Assembly (NCBI GenBank): GCA_951406725.2
Contig: OX597822.1
Location: forward strand, 17,360,001 to 17,424,000
Origin: Octopus vulgaris
Taxonomy: Eukaryota
Direction of reading: 5' to 3'
Length of the DNA: 64,000 nt
The notes beneath the pieces were generated by a model that was not told where the DNA came from, ran no database searches, and saw only the letters and a list, made by a program, of their open reading frames with translations. A program made the position numbers and the translations under genes. Shown here piece by piece: positions 27,471-42,065 of the stretch. The first letter of the stretch is position 1; each line of letters begins with the position of its first letter.

Positions 27471-29155
27471 CAAGGACCACATATAAACACACTAAGTACA
27501 ACATAAAATACATATATGCAAACACAAACTGATGTGACATAATTTTCAAACTCAAATTAAATTAGTTGCTGGTATTTTCTGAATACTGTTCAGATTTCAG
27601 TCAGATGAAGAGCTGGAAGTTCAGCCAGTTCATAAATTTTGTGAAGAGATCATGTACAAATACATCACACTGCAAGCTACAAGCCTCAAGTTTCATTTTT
27701 AAATAGAACACCAAAGTCTATCATATTTACTGTAAAATAGTATCATTGTATGATGAACTACTCTGTTAGTACTAAATAGAAAATACAGTTCAATTCTCAA
27801 TTCAAAGATTTTTTTAGATGCAAATACAACTGTTTTCTTTCTTAAAAGCTACCTCTAAGCATTTTTGAAAATCAGAAAACAAAATGAATACAAATCTATA
27901 ATTTTGTTTTCATGACTTTCAGGCATTAATTAATTAATAAAGCAACACACTTTTCTTAATTCATAACCTGATTTTTCTCAGAACACCATAAAGATCCATT
28001 TTCAATATAGCTTCACTAGTAATTTATCTTTTAAATTAATTAGTCCCAAGATGGGATATTGTAAATAAAATTACAGTACATATGTTAGAATCTATGGCTT
28101 GAAAGAAGATACATAACTGACCACAGACAAGTACAGGGTGCACCCTGAAGAATTTCTAATTATTTGAATAAGGATTATTTTATCAAATTTAATTTTAAAT
28201 TGTTTAAAAATAATTAAAATGCACTCCTCTAGAGGAACACAGGGAAAGAAGAGAACTGAACCTCACTGGGTTTCTTTGCTTTGATTAACTTTACCGTTGC
28301 TAATACAAAGTTCAGAAAACTAACAGATCAGCTTGCCCTTGAACCAACCAGTATGACACACAGACTGATTGAATTTGTTCTTAACAAACACTCAGATACA
28401 GATACATTTGTATTCACAATGTAAAGTTTACCAGTGCCTTTTCCTTAAGAACTCAAAAAGTTCATCACAACAGGGATATATTTCCAACAAAACAGACTAG
28501 CGGTTGAATTCAGAAACCAATGAAGGCAGGACAAAGTCAATGAAGTGTGTAGAATTAATTACTCATAGAGAAAATAAATAAAGAAATTGAAGGCAGCAAT
28601 ATACAAGAAATAATATGAGTAACAAAACTGGCTGCTGCCAAACTAATTAATTATTTAACTAACGATATTTTACATAAAAGGTTTTCAAAACTGTGATGAA
28701 AGAGGATGGTAAAAGGCTCCACAAATTTTTGAAGTTACACATGAAAGTAATCAAAAGTATGTTTAGGTTAAATAAGGAATTTTAGAGCAAAGACTCATGT
28801 TCACCAAGGATCTGTACTCATGCAGCATGGGGTCGAGAAGAGAGGAACAAAGCAAAGATGGTTGTCTGACCTTTCAACACTCATATACCAGGAAAACTTA
28901 GTATCAGTGAATTTTCAGAGCAGTTAGGTATCCCAAATATCTATTAAAGCATACCGGATAATTGTTGTGAATTGGCAGTGGAAAGTAACTATAGCAAACT
29001 AGTGAGAACATTACGTGAATAGTTAGAGCATACACAAGGCCATTGGAAATCCCTGATGACCTAGCAGATAATTCAGACACATGATTTACCTACCAGACCT
29101 ATATAAAGCATGCCATCATTGGAAACTAAGCATAAGGATGGTGTGTGTGTGTGTA

Positions 29156-29218
<63 letters not shown>

Positions 29219-32200
29219 TTATACTGATAAGTGAATTGTACTTTTTATGCAATTCATTTATAAAAGCTACAGAAACAAGAAAATTGATTTTGAAGAAACA
29301 TCAGCTCAGCTTAAAGAAACATATCTCATTTTAATGGAAATAGTATACTACAAATTTAAAACGTTATAATTTGACATACAACATACAAGATTTATACCTG
29401 CAAGTTATTACATTACAAGAGAGAATTAATTCTTCCAACCCAAGACGGCATTAAATTATACAAAGAAGACTAGGCCCTAAAATTCATTTAATCAAATAGA
29501 CGACTTCTTATTTGGTAGAAAAGGAGAGAATGAAATATCCAGAAGACATAAATAAAACAATAACTTTATTATTTATTACAGCTGAATAAATTGTAATTAA
29601 CTACAGTTCCAGAGGATAAATTTAAAAGTTACAAACACATCATTCATCAAATGTCCATTGAGACTATGGTAGCAGGAATAATCCAAGTAAAATCCTACAA
29701 GAATTAATTTTAATGCACAAAATAATTGCATTATGCACTGATGTAGGAATATTTTAGAGAGTCCTAAGTTTAAGATTATTTCACACCATAGCAAAAAGTA
29801 ATTCATAAAGTATTTTAAATATAAAATAAAGATTGATTTACATTTAAAAAAAAAAAGACGTATTGCAGAAACTTGAAACCACATTTCACAAAAACACTGA
29901 AAAATACGTTTTTTTTTTTTAAAACATATTCAAATGAGTCTCTATGCTTGATTGGAAAACCTGATTGATGCAGTAGTGTTTCCAAAATGATTTTGCAATG
30001 TAGCATCTTAAATCAAATAAGGGGAAAAAAGACTGAACATCAAATTTCATCAGGTGATACACCATTCTATTTTATATGCTAATTGCAGTTGCTGAATATT
30101 ATTAAAAATGCAATAAACAAAACAGAAAAAAAAGTAACATTTGAAAAGATAAGTTTTAAATTTGATAGCATCAAGTCATATTTCAGATAAGATATATCAA
30201 ATAGGAAAATGTACATTTTTGTAAACATTAACACCAGTAACAATGAGCCTTGGAAGATGCTGTAGCATTTATATACATATCTACACAACTACACAACTAA
30301 TCAAAAGAAATCATTTTGTGTTACAAGGTGCAGGAACAGGTTTGTTATGTAAAAAGTTTGTTTAGCAGCCATGTGATTTTGGGTTTGATCTCATGACATA
30401 ACAAACATCTTGAACAAATGCTTCAGGGTCATCAATGCTTTCTGACTTCAATTTGGTAGGCAGAAACTGTGCAGAAGCCCATCATATGTACAGGTGTGTG
30501 TGCATGTAAGTTAGTCTGTAACGTACAGAAATTCATAGAATATGAACCAGATTGAGATAAATACTGGGGATGGTACAATGTGTAAAGGTGAAGCTTCGGT
30601 ATGTCTGTTGTCCAATGACTGAACACAGTAAAAGAATAAAAGAATATGAAATCTTTTAGGGTCTAGCTAAAAGAAAAATATGATGTAGATATAGAGTCCC
30701 AGCAAATTTACATGTGCACTTTTGTTGGCATAGAATCCTACAGTCAAAGGATGAAAAGACATCTTCTCTTACTATGTACACTGCCTAACTGTAAATAATA
30801 ACCTTAGAAAGGTTTCTCAACTACCCTAAGTACATTAAGATTGAGAAACATAAGTTCAAATACTAGAAGCTGAAACATAATCTTAACAAAGGTTACTAGA
30901 AAAAAGATGGGCAATACCAGTGATACTATTAACCAAAACAAACCAAAAGTAGCAGTGACTCTAGGTATATATGGATAAATGTGATGTGATACATCACATT
31001 TAGATAGGCATAGATGTATAAAATGAATATTTTTTAAGGAACATAAGCTAGTGATACTCCCTTGTATAGATCTTTACTGGTGGTGATCAATTCTATTTTT
31101 CATAAAGAAGAAGAAGTTTTGTTGTTCATATTGGCAAAGAGTCTTCAATCAATTTAGCTACAAGTTAGGCCGTGATTAGAGTGATGTTTTAACATTAGAA
31201 AGATTATGTTTAAAATGTGCTATGAATTTCTCTTTCTTCTTGTCTCATTCTTCTCCTGATATCTACCTGTGTCAGATATAGGTTCATCTTGGTGAGAACA
31301 CTTAACACAGACGAATTTTTAAGATAACATACATGAGAAATGGTAATTGCATCAATATTGTTATCACTCTATAACTGCTTCCTGTTTCTGAGATAATGAG
31401 ATATGTTTCTAACTCCAAAGGTGTAGATAGCTTTCCTGATGAAAAGCAAGTACAAATATATCTAGCAATAAATATACATAACTCTATAAATTTATGTGAA
31501 TAAATATTTCCAGTGCTACTGTTATTTTAAAATAGACTAATTTATGGTTTATATTTAGATAATCTAACTGACATGGAGTCATTCACCAAAACACTTCATC
31601 TAGTTGCTCTTCACAAATGTTCTTGTCTTCTCACTCTGCCTTTTCTGCTCTTACTACTGAGAGCTCTGCTCTTTAGAACTAGTTGATCTGGTCATCAAAC
31701 TTATTCATTTGTCATCTTGTTACATATGTTGTCCATCTCAATAACTACTGTGCATAATTCTTTCTTCTCAGAATATCACTCCTCTAGAATTCCCTTCTTT
31801 TTTCTACCATTATTGCTGTGAACTTTGCTTCTTGCAGCAAGATGATCTCATGCCACCTTTACTTCAGTTACCCAGTTCACTTGTTTTTTTGTCTTTTCAT
31901 AACTGATCTTGCATCAACTTCACTAACCATCCACACCAACCACAATGCCTAATCCTTCCTCTCTTGAACACCACTCCTCTGGAATCCCCTACCAGCTATG
32001 TTTCCTTGCTTGTCATCGACTTGCAACTATATACAAAATCAATTTCACTGGTCTTAGAAGGCCAGCTAAGGCCATGGGTATGGCTTCTCTTCAAATCCAA
32101 ACCATGGAAACAAAAAAAGAGGTTTGGCACCATCATAATAACATTTTCATATTGAATATAAAGTCTATGTACCTTGATAATAATTAAGCATCCTAAAAAA

Positions 32201-33529
32201 ATGCATATGCTTCATCATAATTTAGGCAGTACATATGTTCAAAAGTATAAAAAAAAAAGATTTTTTAATACTAGTTACATTTCTATTTAATGTGCAATTT
32301 ATAATAATTCCTGTAAAATTAAAATTGGGACTAAAACGTTTACAAACACAGGGGGAACATAACATCTTAAAATAGATATTGGGCTCAAATTATGGTGCAA
32401 GGCCAGGAATTTCAAGGAAGGGGTAAGTCAATTACATTAACACCTGACTGGTACTTATTTTACTGATCCCAAAAGTCTTCTTCAATGGAATTCAAACTTA
32501 AAATGTAGACAAAACACTGCAAAGCATTTTGCTTATTGTGCTAATAATATTAAAAACATTTTACTCTCAAATAAAAAGTCATTTTTTCATTACACTCATA
32601 GGTGTAGGCATGGTTGTGTGGCAAGAAGCCTGCTTCCTAACCACATGGTTCTAGGTTCAGTCCCACTGAGTGGCACACTGGGTGAGTGTCTTCTACTATA
32701 GCCTTTGGTCAACCAAAGCTTTGTGAGAAGATTTGGTAGATGGAAACTAGAAGAAGCCCAGTGTATGTGTGTGTATGTGTGTCTTTGTTTGTCCCCCACC
32801 ACCACTTGATAACCGTCGTTGGTGTGTTTACAACCCTGTCACTTAGCAGTTTGTCAAAAAACACAGGCTTAACATTAAAAAAATTAAGTCCTGGGGGCCA
32901 ATTCACTTGACTCAAAATTCTTCAAGGTGGTGTTCCAGCATGGTCACAGTCTAATGACTGAAACAAGTAAAAGATAAAAGATAAAAATAAGAAATCAAAT
33001 ATGTTAAATGAGCAGCATTACAACATATACCATATTTTCATACTTGCTACTCAAAGTGTTTACGCTGGTGATGCTTATATGAATGACTACCTTTAAACCT
33101 TATCAAATAGTCAGAAGTACAGCTTCAACATTTCACAATCGTTCTCTCAATACACTATCTGAATACAGTCCTGCAGAGTAGTGTAATGGATATGACTATT
33201 GATTTCCTGTGCTGCTGATGGCTTAAGTTCAATCTTACATAATAGACATATGTGTAGACATATGGAATACAATAATATACAAAATTCAGTTTAGATAAGA
33301 ACGGAAAAGAGCAGGTAAATGAATACATACAAGCATCTTACTTAGTTAATATATTTAATATCATATATCTTAATGTTGTTCATGAAAAAATTTTTTTTAT
33401 GAATAGGAAAATCATCCATATGTAAATGCTATAGACTGATGTAGTTCATAAGACTTTATAAGACACAATTTTGTGTTACTGTCCAAAATAATAGTAATGC
33501 ATTTTTGTTGACATTAAATAAGCATTCAT

Positions 33530-33573
<44 letters not shown>

Positions 33574-33761
33574 ACAACCTATAAAGTATCTTAAAGTAAT
33601 CTTTAAACTAAACATAGAGCTGTTCATTAAAAAGACCCAATATCAATTTGCTTTTCAACATATAAATGCTTATGTAGCTAGAAATAAAATGTAAAATAAA
33701 TATTAAAATTTCTATATAACTACAATGACAGAAGTAAAGCAATTAATGATCCCTTAATTTA

Positions 33762-33914
33762 GTGGCTGTGTGGTATGTAGCTTGCTTACCAACCACATGA
33801 GTCCGGGTTCATTCCCACTGCATGGCACCTTGGGCAAGTGTCTTCAACTATAGCCTCGGGCCGACCAAAGCCTTGTGAGTGGATTTGGTAGATGGAAACT
33901 GAAAGAACCCCGTC

Positions 33915-33955
<41 letters not shown>

Positions 33956-34170
33956 TATATGTGTGTGTATATGTCCATGTGTCTGTGTTTTTCCCCCCAA
34001 CATTGCTTGGTGTGTTTACGTTCCTGTAACTTAGCGGTTCTGCAAAAGAGACCGATAGAATAAGTACTAGGCTTCCAAAGAATAAGTGCTGGAGTTGGTT
34101 TGCTCGACTAAAGGCGGTGCTCCAGCATGGCCACAGTCAAATGACTGAAACAAGTAAAAGAGAAAAAAAA
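33762..34170 (+). mobile_element. SINE family A, well-preserved copy
   Basis: Same head, core and tail as 650-1062. Duplicated at 35925-36330. Confidence 0.85.
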
Positions 34171-34274
34171 ATAAGTGCATAACCTTGCAGAAACTAGTTT
34201 TGTTATTTGTTTACAAGGAAATCTTCTCCTAATTTATGGCTAGTGAAGATCTAGTATTATTATTTTAGATTCAT

Positions 34275-34832
34275 GTGTTAAGAAACAGATTTGGAAACAT
34301 CAAAAAATATACACCTGTTACTAGTCCAACAGTAAAGAAGAGGAAAAATAGAAATAGGAAGATCATCTGGTTTACACCCCCTTACTCACCCGAGGTGACC
34401 TTCAATATAGGTAAATATTTCTTAACATTGATAGATAGACATTTTCCAGTTAACCATACTTATAGGAAGCTCTTCAATAAACATCAATTTAAAAATTAGT
34501 TTTATTCAACTACCAATTTTAAAAATATAATCACACATAACACACAAAAGCCACAACAAGAAAACAGCTGTTCATGCAGGAATAAAAAATTGTGCCCGCT
34601 AAATGGAGCTTGCATGTCCGAGACCATCATCTATGAAGCTACCGTGGACTCTATAACCACTAAAGACACCGTTTCGACGAAGTAATACGTGGGCCTTACA
34701 GAGGGTAATTTCAAGGCCAGGTTCAATAATCACACCTGAGTTTTAGGCACTGGAACAAAAGAAAAGCGACAAAATTATTTAATCATATTTGGTCTTTAAA
34801 AGATAAAGGTGTCGATTATAACATCCATTAGA
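34275..34832 (+). mobile_element. Duplicate, further-truncated copy of the Penelope GIY-YIG fragment (inside the tandem duplication)
   Basis: Near-identical to 36435-36992 and cut at the duplication junction. Confidence 0.88.
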
Positions 34833-35694
34833 CAGTGGCACACTGGGTGAGTGTCTTCTACTATAGCCTTTGGTCAACCAAAGCTTTGTGAGAAGATTTG
34901 GTAGATGGAAACTAGAAGAAGCCCAGTGTATGTGTGTGTATGTGTGTCTTTGTTTGTCCCCCACCACCACTTGATAACCGTCGTTGGTGTGTTTACAACC
35001 CTGTCACTTAGCAGTTTGTCAAAAAACACAGGCTTAACATTAAAAAAATTAAGTCCTGGGGGCCAATTCACTTGACTCAAAATTCTTCAAGGTGGTGTTC
35101 CAGCATGGTCACAGTCTAATGACTGAAACAAGTAAAAGATAAAAGATAAAAATAAGAAATCAAATATGTTAAATGAGCAGCATTACAACATATACCATAT
35201 TTTCATACTTGCTACTCAAAGTGTTTACGCTGGTGATGCTTATATGAATGACTACCTTTAAACCTTATCAAATAGTCAGAAGTACAGCTTCAACATTTCA
35301 CAATCGTTCTCTCAATACACTATCTGAATACAGTCCTGCAGAGTAGTGTAATGGATATGACTATTGATTTCCTGTGCTGCTGATGGCTTAAGTTCAATCT
35401 TACATAATAGACATATGTGTAGACATATGGAATACAATAATATACAAAATTCAGTTTAGATAAGAACGGAAAAGAGCAGGTAAATGAATACATACAAGCA
35501 TCTTACTTAGTTAATATATTTAATATCATATATCTTAATGTTGTTCATGAAAAAATTTTTTTTATGAATAGGAAAATCATCCATATGTAAATGCTATAGA
35601 CTGATGTAGTTCATAAGACTTTATAAGACACAATTTTGTGTTACTGTCCAAAATAATAGTAATGCATTTTTGTTGACATTAAATAAGCATTCAT

Positions 35695-35738
<44 letters not shown>

Positions 35739-36080
35739 ACAACCTATAAAGTATCTTAAAGTAATCTTTAAACTAAACATAGAGCTGTTCATTAAAAAGA
35801 CCCAATATCAATTTGCTTTTCAACATATAAATGCTTATGTAGCTAGAAATAAAATGTAAAATAAATATTAAAATTTCTATATAACTACAATGACAGAAGT
35901 AAAGCAATTAATGATCCCTTAATTTAGTGGCTGTGTGGTATGTAGCTTGCTTACCAACCACATGAGTCCGGGTTCATTCCCACTGCATGGCACCTTGGGC
36001 AAGTGTCTTCAACTATAGCCTCGGGCCGACCAAAGCCTTGTGAGTGGATTTGGTAGATGGAAACTGAAAGAACCCCGTCG

Positions 36081-36112
<32 letters not shown>

Positions 36113-36434
36113 TATATGTGTGTGTGTATATGTCCATGTGTCTGTGTTTTTCCCCCCAACATTGCTTGGTGTGTTTACGTTCCTGTAACTTAGCGGTTCT
36201 GCAAAAGAGACCGATAGAATAAGTACTAGGCTTCCAAAGAATAAGTGCTGGAGTTGGTTTGCTCGACTAAAGGCGGTGCTCCAGCATGGCCACAGTCAAA
36301 TGACTGAAACAAGTAAAAGAGAAAAAAAAATAAGTGCATAACCTTGCAGAAACTAGTTTTGTTATTTGTTTACAAGGAAATCTTCTCCTAATTTATGGCT
36401 AGTGAAGATCTAGTATTATTATTTTAGATTCATG

Positions 36435-38060
36435 TGTTAAGAAACAGATTTGGAAACATCAAAAAATATACACCTGTTACTAGTCCAACAGTAAAGAAGA
36501 GGAAAAATAGAAATAGGAAGATCATCTGGTTTACACCCCCCTTACTCACCCGAGGTGACCTTCAATATAGGTAAATATTTCTTAACATTGATAGATAGAC
36601 ATTTTCCAGTTAACCATACTTATAGGAAGCTCTTCAATAAACACAATTTAAAAATTAGTTTTATTCAACTACCAATTTTAAAAATATAATCACACATAAC
36701 ACACAAAAGCCACAACAAGAAAACAGCTGTTCATGCAGGAATAAAAAATTGTGCCCGCTAAATGGAGCTTGCATGTCCGAGACCATCATCTATGAAGCTA
36801 CCGTGGACTCTATAACCACTAAAGACACCGTTTCGACGAAGTAATACGTGGGCCTTACAGAGGGTAATTTCAAGGCCAGGTTCAATAATCACACCTTGAG
36901 TTTTAGGCACTGGAACAAAAGAAAAGCGACAAAATTATTTAATCATATTTGGTCTTTAAAAGATAAAGGTGTCGATTATAACATCCATTAGAAGATTTTG
37001 GCCAAATGTAAGCCCTACACCAACGGCAGCGGAAAGTGCGGTCTATGTGACATGGAGAGATGGTTTATCTGGAAAAGCAGCTTAGACCCTACTACATGTC
37101 TAAACTCAAGGACAGAAGTTTTTGGATCATGCCCACATGTGACAAAATTTTTGTTACGTTTTTGGTCCCCTAAAGAAAACAGATAGAACTTGCTTTCTAT
37201 ATTATGTCCCAAAAAGATTTTTATCTCATTATACCTTTTATTATTTCATATATTTTTATATTTTCACACATAATAATTTTTTCTGTACTCTTCCATCCTG
37301 CATTTTTTCCTGTGCCTATATAGACATGTATATAGATTCATTTGTACACGTGTGTGAATATGTATGAGTGGGCAGTTCTAGATGTGTGCCTGTGTGCGGA
37401 CATAAGAATGCATATATATATAGAAGTTTTTACTTAGTATTTTTCCATTTTTAAAGGGTTTTGGGGGGGGGGAGGGGGCATATGTATATTCATTTTTTGT
37501 GTATGCATGTGTGTGTATGCGTATATAAACATGTGCAGGTATGTACATATATGGGTGTGTGTGTGTATGAGTGCATAAGGGCATGTCCGTATATGAACGT
37601 GGTTTTTATGCTTTGTATACATCCTTATGTTTTTTTATGTTACCTTTAACCATGGTTTTTCTTGTGCTTGTGTGTATATAGACGTATGTATGAACATTTA
37701 CGGTACGCATGTGTGTGCGTATGAGTTTATATATATATGCATATGTATTTGGCGAAAAATGCGAGTGAAGATGTGTATGTTTTCATAGTGACGTATAAGT
37801 ACGCACATGGATCCGCAAGCGCACATGTGAGCATATGACTAGCCATGTTTTACGTGTTTACTATGAAATTTTAATCTTATTTTATATAAGTAGCAGAATT
37901 ATAACACAGTAATTTCCCTTTATATAACGGTATTTTTTCATAGCGTTTTTTCAGATGGCCAGATAACCGAAGAGATGGTGTTGTGGATTTCCACTTCGGC
38001 ATCTGAAACTCAGAGTTTTATCTTGACTATTGAGTAATTGTAACATATTATTTTATAGAT
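36435..38060 (+). mobile_element. 5'-truncated Penelope-like element (GIY-YIG endonuclease region, 3' UTR and pLTR with hammerhead)
   Basis: Translates across frameshifts to RKIIWFTPPYS...CSCRNKKLCPLNGACM..IIYEATV...YVGLTEGNFKARFNNH..SF...LFNHIWSLKDK...KCGLCDME...LNSRTEVFGSCPH, the typical PLE C-terminus. A hammerhead motif lies at 37961-38023 and the element ends in (TA)n. Confidence 0.9.
37961..38023 (+). ncRNA. Minimal type-I hammerhead ribozyme (CCGAAGA core variant) in the Penelope pLTR
   Basis: agataa-CCGAAGA-gatg...catc t-GAAAC-tc a ga-GTT-ttatct. Stem I agataa/ttatct, stem II gatg/catc with inner gtgg/ccac, stem III actc/gagt. Confidence 0.7.
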
Positions 38061-38137
38061 ATAGATATATATATATATGTATGTATCATCATCATCATCA
38101 TATATATATATATATATATATATTTATGTATCATCAT

Positions 38138-38179
<42 letters not shown>

Positions 38180-38221
38180 CATCATCATCATATATATATA
38201 AATCATTAAACAATGATGATG

Positions 38222-38259
<38 letters not shown>

Positions 38260-40132
38260 CATCATCGTTGTTTAATGTCCGCCTTCTATAGAAGCATGGG
38301 TAGGATATATATATATATATATATACATATATATATACATATACCATCCACCCAAGCCAGCATGGAAGAGACGTTAATTGTTGATGATGGATGGATGGAT
38401 GTACATATATCATCATTATCATCATCACTTAATGCCCATGTTCCATGCTGATACATGGGTTGGACAGTTTGAGAGCATCTGATGGGTCCCAAAACTACAT
38501 CATGTTCCATTGTCTACTTATGCATGGTTTCTATGGCTGGATAATCTTCTTAACTCCAACCACTTTGCAACATGCTTTTTTCAAGACATCACCATTAGTG
38601 AGGTTGCCATGAAATATATAGATACATACACACACACGTGTGTGTGCACGCATGCGCGTTCACATGTATGTGCTGAGACTCAAAAAGTTCTTCATAAATG
38701 CTAAAAATTTCAAGTTTGAAAGAAACAATAACAGAACTAGTAAGTTAGCTCACTGTTCAATCAAACCTATTATTAATTATATATTCTTAGATAATTAATA
38801 TACAGTAGTCGGTAAATGAAATACTAAATAAAATGATGAGCATGAAAATAGATAATACACACTAAAGTACAATAAGCCTTCTTATTTTGAAAGTGCTGTT
38901 TAGATCCAACAATGTAGATATGTAAAGATCATAGTTTTTGTTAAAGCTGAAGAGCACACAGGACCATAAGCATATATCTCATACATCCTTTTCTATGATA
39001 TTAAGATGTACTTTGAGGGAAATCTAACTGTTATTTCTAGAAGGTTAAGCAACTGCTTAGAGGACAGCAAGGAGATCTTTGCAAGAGAAATCTAGAAAAC
39101 AGATTCACTCAACAGTTGAAAATATTCAGTAGATTCACATTTAATAATGTAGGAGAAAAAGAAGAAAAAAATTACAAAACACCCTGACTTGTCATTTTCT
39201 GCCCTCCGTAAAATTTAAGGTATCTGTGTATAAAATAATTTACAAATACACTGTAATAAATATTTAAAAGAAACTTAATGTTGAGTATATATTCATACAT
39301 TCTCAACATACGAGGAATATTAGTAGAATATTCTTATAAATATAAAACTTCAATTAAATGTAATCCAACCCATGCTAGCATGGAAAGCGGACGTTAAAGG
39401 GTGATGATGATGATGATGATGACAACAACCCTGGTATGGAAAATCAAAATTATGTACTACTTATGGAGGTCAACTGAATGGCAGGCAGATGTGAACATTT
39501 CACTTAGAATTAGTGACAAAGAGAACAATTACGGTTAAATATTTTGAAATGTACAACTTCGCAAACCAGATAACAGATCCACATTTGTACTTTGTACCCA
39601 GTCTTGTTGGTGCACTTGGTTATGTTACTAAATGTTTATGTAATAGTATGAAAAAATAGGGTTTTATATAAAGAAAGAGACAGTCTAATTTGTACTCTGT
39701 GTTCAAGAAATTCTGTAAGTGGAACAGTGAACAAATGCAAGACTTCTTTTAACCCTTAACTTGTAACTTTATACTTTTGTTGTTATCTAAAGTTTAATGA
39801 TGGAGCTTTGTTTCTAGACCCTTTCTTTATAGAAAAAAATTCATCAGATTAAAAACATACAGAACACACAAGAACATATATATATACACACATTATTATA
39901 TCATATTTGCAAGAAATACCACAAAGTAAGACAATAATTAAAATGGCCTACCAATCAATTAATCAATTGTTAAGATTACAATCTGAGGAATGTGTTTTAA
40001 GCAAGAAACTTACAGTAATGGAATAACGGATTTTTAAAACTATTCTATAATACACACATACACATACACAGATACATACTCACTATACATACATACATAA
40101 CACTTCCTCTCCATACAGATACACAAAAGGTA

Positions 40133-40175
<43 letters not shown>

Positions 40176-40179
<4 letters not shown>

Positions 40180-40837
40180 TCAGGGTGAATACTTGATAAT
40201 TGTAAGCACCTGTATATACTGTTTGGTGGTGTAGGTGGTGGAGTAAATTAATCAAAATAAAAACATGATGCCAAGGATTCAGCAGTACATATGTTTCGGG
40301 CCTTTATTAGACGGATTTATAACAATGCATAATGTGTGTCTATGGCCTTCTTCAGCCGCGCACAACTACTACCTCAAGGACATGTATTACATCAAAAATT
40401 CTACGTTGGGGATGCAAATCCTCTCATTCACGTACGACATAATGCGGCAACAGCATAAAAATGAAGCGTCCATCTCGTCCTTCTCTCAATGTAGAATGAG
40501 GAAGTTTGGATGTTGAGGTAATATAAATAAATGAATAAATAAATATATACATATAAATACAGACAGACGTGAAGGAACCTGGTAATAAGAGCAAATAGGG
40601 ATAAATATGGAAGGGCGAGAATTCAGGACGAAGGATAAAAAAAAAAAAATTTTTTTAAAAATATATATATATAAAAAGTGTAAGTATAGAAAAATATAAA
40701 AATGTAGAGTATAAAGATATAAAGAGATATAGAAAAATATAGGCCATAGACACACATTATGCATTGTTATAAATCCGTCTAATAAAGGCCCGAAACATAT
40801 GTACTGCTGAATCCTTGGCATCATGTTTTTATTTTGA

Positions 40838-40841
<4 letters not shown>
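40176..40841. mobile_element. Rearranged copy of the 880-bp HHR element, with a perfect 101-bp inverted repeat
   Basis: 40248-40348 and 40741-40841 are exact reverse complements. 40176-40245 matches the reverse complement of about 57757-57826. (TA)n on both sides. Confidence 0.88.
40282..40359 (-). ncRNA. Type-I hammerhead ribozyme
   Basis: Reverse strand: gcgg-CTGAAGA-aggcc...ggccc-GAAAC-atat-GTA-ctgc. Stem III is the palindrome ACATATGT. Confidence 0.8.
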
Positions 40842-40876
<35 letters not shown>

Positions 40877-41613
40877 CATGTTTAACTTTAGTGGCACAGC
40901 ATAAAAATATGATTATCAAACAGACTGATATGCAAATTCAGGTGAGTAGTAAAGTAGTATTGGAAACACTTTTTAATAATTCTTCCTTTATATATGCAAT
41001 ATATTTAAAAGGTAGTCATGTAGAATATTATTTCCAGTATACCTAAGCTAATTAAATTGCAAACCTAAATATAGACATAGGTAGAAAATATAGCTAAGCT
41101 ATAAGCTTCAGAAATTTGTTTAATGTAAAGAAAATCTAATCACTATAAGAGAGAATAGTGAATAAGAAAATTTGTTGAAAGCATAAATAATTTTTTAAAA
41201 TCCCAATAAGAAAAATAACATAAAAAAACACAAAACAAAAAAATAAGAGCTATGGTGATATAGAAAATAAATTCTATCTTTTACAAGATCCTCAAATCAG
41301 CCTCAAACATCTAATACACTTTCTTTATAATTTACCCGGTATACAATATTTAATTTTAGGGTAGTCAAAATTGAAATTTTTGGACTACTATCATTATATA
41401 ACTGTTGTTAACTGGAAAGAAATAAGAGACAGGAAGGTGTTTAATGGAGCTTTAATGCTAACAATACCCCCAAAAGAAAGTCTGGTCTTGTTTTATGGTA
41501 CAATAAATAAAAATTCAGCCTATGCAAATTAGAACATTTCAGTTCACATTAAGAATAAAGATCAAGTTACAAAGGAAAAACAAAAAGTAAACAGCTTTTA
41601 TAGTCAAAGCAAA

Positions 41614-42065
<452 letters not shown>

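Larger units (their letters stand above)
32669..36992. repeat. Direct tandem duplication of about 2.16 kb (32669-34832 and 34834-36992)
   Basis: Both copies begin agtggcacactgggtgagtg and end acatccattaga. They differ only in microsatellite lengths and a few 1-nt indels. Confidence 0.97.

Noticed and set aside
27601-27705. Plus-strand exon-like frame SDEELEVQPVHKFCEEIMYK
   Set aside because: No recognisable homology, no donor and no partner exons.
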